From positions 128,001 through 192,000 of the forward strand of contig VMGC01000002.1 of the NCBI GenBank assembly GCA_007376385.1: a DNA stretch of 64,000 nucleotides, in the 5' to 3' direction. Shown piece by piece: positions 57,434-64,000 of this stretch (position 1 is its first letter; every line of letters starts with the position of its first letter). Below the pieces are notes generated by a model, which was not told the DNA's origin, searched no databases, and saw only the letters and a program-made list of their open reading frames with translations. This DNA is from Parcubacteria group bacterium Gr01-1014_8 (GTDB taxonomy: Bacteria > Patescibacteriota > Minisyncoccia > Phycocordibacterales > UBA2100). The translations under genes and the position numbers were made by a program.

Positions 57434-57669
57434 GTATGGATAAGCCGGAACAAAAAGGGGGGATTGGCGGATATCCGCATACGAGGGGAACGCCGCCTCG
57501 AGTTCCTGCTCGCATGGAAGGAAAGGTTCGACAAAAAGGGATACGGCCAGTGAAAAAGAAGAAAAGAGACAATAAAGGGTAACCGGAAATACGCTGCCCT
57601 TCTGAGCCATCCAGTCGGCGGGTGTTTCCTTTGGATGGCAGTAACAGTGTATATTGTAGTTTCTTAAGT

Positions 57670-59685
57670 ATGGCAACATTCAAACTCGAATCATCATATA
57701 AGCCTGCTGGGGACCAACCGCAGGCAATACAAGCCCTGTACGATGGGCTGAAAAAAGGTAAGCGGGATCAGACGCTTCTTGGCGTAACTGGGTCCGGCAA
57801 GACGTATACGATGGCGAGTATCATCGAAAAAATCGGCAAGCCAACGCTTGTCATTGCGCACAATAAGACGCTTGCGGCGCAGCTCGCATCCGAATATCGC
57901 GAGTTCTTTCCCACGCATGCGGTCCACTATTTCGTCTCATACTACGACTTCTATCAGCCGGAAGCATATGTGGCAGTTTCCGATACGTACATAGAGAAGG
58001 AAGCGCAGGTAAACGAGGATATCGAACGTTTGCGCCATGCTGCTACGCAGGCACTCTTAACGCGAAAGGACGTTATCGTCGTCGCTTCTGTTTCTTGCAT
58101 TTACGGTCTTGGAAGCCCCATTGAATATGAAAAAGTTAATTTGAAATTGCAGAAGGGAGAAACAATGACGCGGACAGGACTTACAAGAAAACTCGTATCA
58201 ATGCATTTTGAGCGAACCCCTGGGGATCTGTCTCCGGGAACATTTCGGCCACTCGGAGCAGCCGTTGAGATAATGCCGGCGAATGAGCGAGTCATTTATC
58301 GCATCGGCCTCTCGAGCGGAAAAATCGCGAACATCGAGGACATTGACCCGATTACACGTGTTATTAAAGGCGAAGAAGAAGCTGTATTTATTTTTCCCGC
58401 ACGCCACTATGTTACGCCGGAGAATGTCGTGGAAGCGGCGCTTGCGGACATTGAGGCTGAACTCGAGGCACAATTGAAGCATTTGAACGACGGCGGAAAA
58501 ATACTTGAAGCGGAACGTTTGAAGCGGCGCACACGGCAAGATCTCACGATGATACGAGAGTTTGGATTTTGCAGCGGCATCGAGAACTACTCGCGTCATT
58601 TTGATAGGCGAAAACCAGGAGAGCCACCTTACACGTTGCTTTCGTACTTCCCGAAAAAGGCGGACGGTACTCCGGATTTTCTTACGGTCATAGACGAGTC
58701 GCACGTGACGGTGCCGCAGATAGGAGCGATGTATGCAGGGGATAGGGCGAGAAAATTGACCCTTATCGAGCATGGGTTCAGACTTCCCAGCGCAGTAGAT
58801 AATCGTCCGCTTAAATTCGAGGAGTTTTTGGAAAATACCGGACAGACGCTGTATACGAGCGCTACGCCATCTCTGTATGAATTGAATAAAAGCGGGAAGC
58901 CAGTCGAAATGATAGTAAGACCGACTGGCCTCTTGGACCCAGAGATACTAGTGAGACCGATAATAGGGAGAGGAGACTACGAAGGCCAAGTCCGCGATTT
59001 CATCAAAGAAGCAGAGGCGGTAACAAAACGAGGCGCGCGGTCGCTAGTGACCGTCCTCACCAAGAAAATGGCAGAAGACCTTGCGCAATTTCTCGTAGAA
59101 CGCGGAATAAAAGCGCGCTATGTGCATAGCGACGTCCTTACTATCGAGCGCATTGAGATTCTCACAGATTTTAGGAAAGGTGTGTTCGACGTCTTGGTAG
59201 GTGTGAACTTGCTTCGTGAAGGATTGGACCTCCCTGAAGTTGAGCTGGTGGGAATTTTAGATGCTGATAAAGAAGGATTTCTTCGCTCGGAAACCTCACT
59301 TATACAGACCATGGGTCGCGCCGCACGAAATGTGAATGGACGTGTGCTTCTATACGCAGACAATATTACTGGCTCAATGGAGCGGGCAATAGGCGAGACG
59401 AATCGCCGCAGAGGGGTACAGGCAGAGTACAACAAAAAACACGGCATTACGCCGAAAACGATAGAAAAAAAGATACGAGATATCACGGGCGATATTGCGA
59501 GGGTGCGAGAACGCGCAATTAAGGAGCTAGCGGACATGGATACTGCTGCGTACGGCGGCGATAAGAGGAAAATGATAAAGGATAAACGCCGCCAGATGCA
59601 TGAAGCGGCCGATAGATTGGATTTCGAGACGGCGGCACTGCTGCGCGATGAGATACGCATCCTTGAACACGGCGTTTCAAAATAA
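57670..59685 (+). CDS. uvrB: Excinuclease ABC subunit B
   Basis: GVTGSGKT, helicase motifs, beta-hairpin region and a C-terminal UVR domain (DFETAALLRDEI). Confidence 0.95.
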   Translation: MATFKLESSYKPAGDQPQAIQALYDGLKKGKRDQTLLGVTGSGKTYTMASIIEKIGKPTLVIAHNKTLAAQLASEYREFFPTHAVHYFVSYYDFYQPEAYVAVSDTYIEKEAQVNEDIERLRHAATQALLTRKDVIVVASVSCIYGLGSPIEYEKVNLKLQKGETMTRTGLTRKLVSMHFERTPGDLSPGTFRPLGAAVEIMPANERVIYRIGLSSGKIANIEDIDPITRVIKGEEEAVFIFPARHYVTPENVVEAALADIEAELEAQLKHLNDGGKILEAERLKRRTRQDLTMIREFGFCSGIENYSRHFDRRKPGEPPYTLLSYFPKKADGTPDFLTVIDESHVTVPQIGAMYAGDRARKLTLIEHGFRLPSAVDNRPLKFEEFLENTGQTLYTSATPSLYELNKSGKPVEMIVRPTGLLDPEILVRPIIGRGDYEGQVRDFIKEAEAVTKRGARSLVTVLTKKMAEDLAQFLVERGIKARYVHSDVLTIERIEILTDFRKGVFDVLVGVNLLREGLDLPEVELVGILDADKEGFLRSETSLIQTMGRAARNVNGRVLLYADNITGSMERAIGETNRRRGVQAEYNKKHGITPKTIEKKIRDITGDIARVRERAIKELADMDTAAYGGDKRKMIKDKRRQMHEAADRLDFETAALLRDEIRILEHGVSK

Positions 59686-59790
59686 AGGTTCCTTGAAGCA
59701 AGCTCCGAGAGCTCGAACTCGTGTTTGTTCCTCGGCTCGGACATGCATATAAGTACACATGCATATCACTCGCTCTACGTCGCAAATAAG
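59684..59790 (+). repeat. Stop-codon-associated structured repeat (copy C)
   Basis: The uvrB TAA is embedded in TAAAGGTTCCTTGAAGCAAGCTCCGAGAGCTCGAACTCGTGTTTGTTCCTCGGCTCGGACATG..CACTCGCTCTACGTCGCAAATAA. Confidence 0.65.
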
Positions 59791-59821
59791 GCATAATGAA
59801 AAGCAATTTAATACTGGTGCC

Positions 59822-60745
59822 ATGCTTACGATAAAAGAAAACGTGCCGCTCGCCGAACTCTCGACATTCGAGATAGGTGGAAAGGCGAGGTATTTTGTGT
59901 CAGTGAAGACGGAAGAAGATATCAAAGAAGCGCTAGGGTGGGCGAGGGAACATGGCCACCGTTTTATCGTTATGGCCGGTGGGAGCAACGTTGTTGTGCC
60001 GGACGAAGGGCTTGATGCACTCATTATTAAGATATCTGGCGTGAATTTCAGCATCATCGATTCAACCATTGAAATAGACGCTGGCTGTGTTCTTTTACAT
60101 GTGATAAAAGCGGCGGCTGACGAAGGCTTAGGCGGTTGGGAAAAGTTGGCCGGGATACCGGGCACGGTTGGCGGTGCAGTTCGCGGCAACGCTGGTGCTT
60201 TTGGCAACGAAATAAAAGATGTCATCACATGGGTGAGAGCCATCAACACAAAAACGGGAGAAGGCCATGAGTTCGCGAACCCGGAATGTGAATTCGCATA
60301 TCGTATGAGCTATTTTAAGAAGAATCCAGAGTGGATAATCACACGTGTTCATATTTCCCTACAAAAAACCGATGCAATCGAAAGCCAAAGACTGATAACC
60401 GAAACAATAAAGGAGCGCGAAAGGCGGCACATTCAAGACGTTCGCGCAGCCGGCTCATATTTTATAAATCCCGTCGCACCTACTGATATTCGCGAGATGT
60501 ATGAGAAAGAAAAGAAAGCTCAGTCACGCGAGGGAAGAGTACCCGCGGGGTGGCTTATTGAAAAAGCGGGACTGAAGGGCAGGCGCGTCGGCGGCGCAGA
60601 AGCCAGCATGCAACATCCGAATTATATTGTGAATACAGGGAACGCGACCGCATCCGATGTTCGGAGATTAGCCGAACTCATAAAGCGCATCGTGAAGGAA
60701 AAATTTGGAGTTGAACTGCAAGAAGAGGCGGTGGTTTGGAAATGA
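59822..60745 (+). CDS. murB: UDP-N-acetylenolpyruvoylglucosamine reductase
   Basis: FAD-binding N-terminus (LSTFEIGGKARYF..MAGGSNVV) and a MurB C-terminal domain. Confidence 0.85.
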   Translation: MLTIKENVPLAELSTFEIGGKARYFVSVKTEEDIKEALGWAREHGHRFIVMAGGSNVVVPDEGLDALIIKISGVNFSIIDSTIEIDAGCVLLHVIKAAADEGLGGWEKLAGIPGTVGGAVRGNAGAFGNEIKDVITWVRAINTKTGEGHEFANPECEFAYRMSYFKKNPEWIITRVHISLQKTDAIESQRLITETIKERERRHIQDVRAAGSYFINPVAPTDIREMYEKEKKAQSREGRVPAGWLIEKAGLKGRRVGGAEASMQHPNYIVNTGNATASDVRRLAELIKRIVKEKFGVELQEEAVVWK

Positions 60746-60763
60746 GTCAGCGATTGGAGTGAT

Positions 60764-60955
60764 CTACTCCCGGTCAAAGACCCACACGTACAGTACAAAC
60801 CAGCCGATGATGGTCCATGCGATGGCAAGATTGGTAAATATGACGCCGCCAGCGTTCGGATGGCGCCGTATCAAAGCCAGTATTCCGGGGAAAAAATACA
60901 CGTATGTAGCCATAGCCACGTAGAGATAAACCATGAAATGCAAAAAAAGCAACAT
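60764..60955 (-). CDS. Superinfection-immunity-like small membrane protein (Imm_superinfect family), paralog 1
   Basis: YFFPGILALIRRHPNAGGVIFTNLAIAWTIIGWFVLYVWVF matches the YxLPxIIAxxRxH...N...GWTxIGW pattern. Confidence 0.55.
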   Translation of the reverse strand: MLLFLHFMVYLYVAMATYVYFFPGILALIRRHPNAGGVIFTNLAIAWTIIGWFVLYVWVFDRE

Positions 60956-61080
60956 GTTAACGAGTGCCCTGTTCCACGTAGGTCAATGAGGGCAAACGAA
61001 CGTGTTACTGATCTGTAAGCGGATTCTACCAGTCCACCCGGGCAAAGGCAATTTTTTCGGTTGCCCATGAAAAAAATCGG

Positions 61081-61260
61081 CTAATTAGTACTTTGTCTGT
61101 CAAATACCCACGCGAACAAGACAAACCATCCAATGATGGTCCAGCCGATGGCGATGTTCGTAAAGAAAATACCGCCGGGACTAGAATGGCGCAGAATGAC
61201 AGCCAATATTGTGGGGAAGAAATACACGAACAACCCTCCCGCAACGTATGCGTATATCAT
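61081..61260 (-). CDS. Superinfection-immunity-like small membrane protein, paralog 2 (tandem duplicate)
   Basis: YFFPTILAVILRHSSPGGIFFTNIAIGWTIIGWFVLFAWVF. DNA is about 75% identical to paralog 1. Confidence 0.55.
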   Translation of the reverse strand: MIYAYVAGGLFVYFFPTILAVILRHSSPGGIFFTNIAIGWTIIGWFVLFAWVFDRQSTN

Positions 61261-61347
61261 GAGCAATTGTAACCACAAAGTCGAAGGTATCAAATAGACC
61301 ACTGTGAATTAGGGCGAATGGTTGGCTCTTTCGGCAGATACGAGAAA

Positions 61348-61452
61348 TGGTATACCCCGTGAGATAAAAAGGTCTCAAAATTATGCGGCAAGCGCACATG
61401 TACTCAAAATTCCTTTTTTTGCCTATAGTCACGGGCTATCTCATGGGGTATA
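61348..61452. repeat. Palindromic-arm element copy 3
   Basis: Arms GGTATACCCCGTGAGATAAAAAG and CTATCTCATGGGGTATAC flank a ~65-bp spacer. Lies between divergent immunity-like and uvrA genes. Confidence 0.6.
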
Positions 61453-61462
61453 CTCGTCCGTG

Positions 61463-61544
61463 TCCCCGGTACCACAAGTCCTTCGGACTTGACTACGGGG
61501 CAGGTAACCCCTCGGACAAGACGAGGGGCGAGGCTATTTGCATC
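61463..61544 (+). promoter_or_regulatory. Conserved 5'-leader hairpin with UUCG tetraloop upstream of uvrA
   Basis: CCCCGGTACCACAAGTCCTTCGGACTTGACTACGGGG, an extra CCCCTCG..CGAGGGG hairpin, then CGAGGCTATTTGCAT. Paralogous to 31380-31437. Confidence 0.5.
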
Positions 61545-64000
61545 ATGATAGAATCATCAAAAAATTCAGAAGGGCCAGGCAAGATCATCGTAAAGGGGGC
61601 GAGGACGCATAACTTAAAAAATATCAGCGTCGAGATACCTCGTAATAAAATGGTCGTCTTTACGGGGCTCTCGGGAAGCGGGAAATCGTCGCTGGCATTC
61701 GACACAATTTTTGCTGAAGGCCAGCGTAAGTACGTGGAATCGCTTTCCGCTTACGCGAGGCAGTTCTTACGTCAAATGCAAAAGCCCGATGTTGACGAGA
61801 TCAGCGGTCTTTCTCCTGCCATCTCTATCGACCAAAAAAGCCGCTCAAATAATCCGCGCTCTACCGTTGCGACGATAACGGAAATTTACGATTACCTGCG
61901 CGTACTGTACTCGCGTGTCGGACATCCCCACTGTCCCGTCTGCGGCCGAATAGTAAAAAAAATGTCGAATGAGGAAATTCTTGAGACCGTTTTGAAGGTA
62001 GTCGATGCAGCAAAAGCTTCAAAAAATGTCCCCAAGGGTAAGCACACGAAGGGAGTAACGGACGCAAAGGTACGCATAACCGCTCCGGTTGTCGTCGGAC
62101 GAAAGGGTGAATATTACCAGCTTCTGTACGACATGTTGAACAAGGGTTTTGAGAAAGTCATCATCGATGGTGAGGAGAAATCACTACGTGAGCGCATTGA
62201 GCTAAAAAAACATTTCAAGCACGATATAGATGTCGTTGTTGATGAGATATTCGTGAGCGAGTTCAAGGATGATGCGAAAGGCTCTCGCGAACGAGCAAGT
62301 GAATCCATCGAGCGCGCGCTCCATGAAGCCGAGGGTCTCGTAAAAATAATCGATCCTGAGGGCGGTGCGCATATCGTATCCGCAAAATTCATGTGTCCGT
62401 ATGATGGCTTTTCATTTCCCGAAGTTGAACCTCGGCTTTTTTCGTTCAATTCTCCATACGGAGCCTGTCCCACGTGCAATGGCTTAGGAACCAAATATTT
62501 TTTTGGAGATGAGCAGTGCGATACATGTCAGGGCGCACGTCTCCGAAGCGAAGCGTTGCATGTGTTTCTTGGGAGCGAAAAAAAGGAAGGCGCGCGGCAG
62601 AATATCGTGCAAGTAACAAGCATGTCTATAGCGAATGCTCGTAAATTCTTCGACGAGCTGGTATTAACGGAAAAGGAAAAAGAAATATCAAAAGTCGTCA
62701 TAAAAGAAATAGTAAACCGGCTCCAATTCATGCTTGACGTCGGTATCGAATATCTGACGCTTGATAGACGGGCAAATACACTCTCTGGCGGCGAAGCGCA
62801 ACGGATCCGCCTTGCTTCACAGCTTGGGAGCGGGCTTGTGGGTGCGCTCTATGTCCTCGATGAGCCGACCATCGGTCTTCACCAAAAAGATAACGACAGG
62901 CTTATTGAGACGCTTAAACATCTCCGCGAACTGGGAAATACTGTGCTTGTCGTAGAACATGACGAGGATACGATATTTGCCGCCGATTACATTGTTGATC
63001 TGGGACCCGGCGCCGGCACGCACGGCGGGGAAATAGTCGTAGCAGGCTGGCTTGAAGAACTCTTGACCGCCAAGACGAATAAGTCGGGCTCTAGGACCTT
63101 GGCGTATCTTCGCGACGAAACTCGGATCGAAATGCCGGAAAAACGACGTACGAACGACAAGGGAAAAATAAAAATTCGCGGAGCATCAAAATTCAATCTT
63201 GAAAAAGTGAATGTAGACGTGCCGCTTGGAAAATTAGTTGTTATCACCGGCGTTTCCGGTAGCGGGAAATCAACTTTTTTGTACGAAATCATGCATCGGA
63301 ATTTACTCGCCAGATTCGATAAACGATTTCGAAATGCAAAAACCTACAACGCAGCAGAGTTTACTGGAACGGAATACCTGGGCCGTTCGATACTCATTGA
63401 CCAGTCGCCGATAGGCAGGACGCCGCGCTCAAATCCCGCGACCTATACGGGGGCGTTCACGCATATTCGAGACATGTTCGCGATGAGCGAAGAGGCGCGT
63501 GCGCGCGGATGGGGGCCAGGCAGGTTCAGTTTTAACCGCAAGGGCGGGCGATGCGAAGCGTGCGAAGGGAACGGCATGGTCGCCGTTGAGATGCACTTTT
63601 TGCCGACGGTGTATGTCACGTGCGATGTGTGCGCAGGAAGACGTTTTATGAAGGAAACGCTTGAGGTGAAATTCAAGAAAAAAAGCATACACGATATTTT
63701 GAAGATGACCGTCGAGGAAGCGCTTACGTTTTTTACTGACATTCCAGCCATATCAGACCGCCTTAAAACGTTGAGCAATGTTGGACTTGGTTATCTTCAA
63801 TTGGGGCAGAGCGCAACGACACTCTCCGGCGGCGAAGCGCAACGCGTAAAAATAGCGTCGGAGTTGTATCGTCCGCATCAGACAAAAACGATGTACCTCT
63901 TGGACGAACCAACCGTCGGACTTCACTATGACGATGTGCAGAAGCTCATCGAAATTCTCCAACGACTCGTTGAGAGAGGGAACTCGGTAGTCGTTATCGA
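61545..64000 (+). CDS. uvrA: Excinuclease ABC subunit A (5' part; continues beyond the window)
   Basis: GLSGSGKSSLAFDTIFAEGQRKYVESLSAYARQFL, zinc-finger CxxC pairs and a second ABC module (GVSGSGKST). No stop before the window end. Confidence 0.95.
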   Translation, partial: MIESSKNSEGPGKIIVKGARTHNLKNISVEIPRNKMVVFTGLSGSGKSSLAFDTIFAEGQRKYVESLSAYARQFLRQMQKPDVDEISGLSPAISIDQKSRSNNPRSTVATITEIYDYLRVLYSRVGHPHCPVCGRIVKKMSNEEILETVLKVVDAAKASKNVPKGKHTKGVTDAKVRITAPVVVGRKGEYYQLLYDMLNKGFEKVIIDGEEKSLRERIELKKHFKHDIDVVVDEIFVSEFKDDAKGSRERASESIERALHEAEGLVKIIDPEGGAHIVSAKFMCPYDGFSFPEVEPRLFSFNSPYGACPTCNGLGTKYFFGDEQCDTCQGARLRSEALHVFLGSEKKEGARQNIVQVTSMSIANARKFFDELVLTEKEKEISKVVIKEIVNRLQFMLDVGIEYLTLDRRANTLSGGEAQRIRLASQLGSGLVGALYVLDEPTIGLHQKDNDRLIETLKHLRELGNTVLVVEHDEDTIFAADYIVDLGPGAGTHGGEIVVAGWLEELLTAKTNKSGSRTLAYLRDETRIEMPEKRRTNDKGKIKIRGASKFNLEKVNVDVPLGKLVVITGVSGSGKSTFLYEIMHRNLLARFDKRFRNAKTYNAAEFTGTEYLGRSILIDQSPIGRTPRSNPATYTGAFTHIRDMFAMSEEARARGWGPGRFSFNRKGGRCEACEGNGMVAVEMHFLPTVYVTCDVCAGRRFMKETLEVKFKKKSIHDILKMTVEEALTFFTDIPAISDRLKTLSNVGLGYLQLGQSATTLSGGEAQRVKIASELYRPHQTKTMYLLDEPTVGLHYDDVQKLIEILQRLVERGNSVVVI

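Noticed and set aside
57495-57530. GGAAGGAAAGG resembling the SRP RNA domain IV (GGAAGGAAGCAGC) motif
   Set aside because: The flanking sequence does not form the conserved SRP helix 8 with a GNAR loop and there is no matching 5' strand. The resemblance is limited to a purine run.

Overview
Gene-dense bacterial chromosomal window, about 50% GC, with most genes on the + strand and frequent ATGA/TAATG start-stop overlaps. I saw no rRNA, tRNA or CRISPR array. The ORF track maps GTG and TTG starts to M, so several 5' ends were re-called by eye.

Recognisable content, in order:
- an ABC exporter pair and a GH18 glycosidase
- an aspartate-pathway block (thrA-asd)
- a sugar-phosphate block (zwf, gnd, glpX, eukaryote-type class I fba)
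- a HAD hydrolase, a membrane-sensor::OtsA trehalose-6-P synthase fusion and an IMPase-family phosphatase
- NUDIX, then XRE regulator, membrane protein, Met-rich thioredoxin and a DipZ-like CcdA-thioredoxin
- two unknown proteins, one with an HD-like motif
- argG-argH-argF, an M29 aminopeptidase and a histidine phosphatase
- pyrB-msrB, dgkA, uppP, a ZIP metal importer and copper-related candidates
- a five-gene secreted/cell-surface repeat-protein cluster
- lysS, then an FMN riboswitch driving ribE-ribH-ribBA-ribD
- a cupredoxin, a DEAD-box helicase, a metzincin-like protein, csaA, typA, msrA, a zincin-like protein and tyrS
- uvrB, murB, two tandem superinfection-immunity-like minigenes and a 5'-partial uvrA.

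Features not explained by ordinary gene annotation:
1. A six-copy family of structured intergenic repeats of roughly 80-180 bp. Five of the six start inside or immediately after a stop codon (TAAAGG or TGAAAGG). They share a GC hairpin and a GAACCTGTGTTTGCTCCTCGGCTCGGAAATG module, and some carry a terminal GAAATG..CATTTC hairpin.
2. A palindromic arm motif, GGTATACCCCRTGAGATAA and its reverse complement. It occurs three times, each in a divergent promoter region, and lies about 10 nt upstream of the start codons of the Gfa and ZIP genes.
3. A conserved UUCG-tetraloop hairpin leader, shared upstream of pyrB and uvrA.
4. An 81-nt in-frame palindromic insertion inside gnd, similar in kind to Rickettsia palindromic elements.

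Phylogenetic origin is not determinable from sequence alone. It is probably an uncultivated lineage, because the combination of class I aldolase, DipZ, short 6PGDH and many unknown secreted repeat proteins is unusual.
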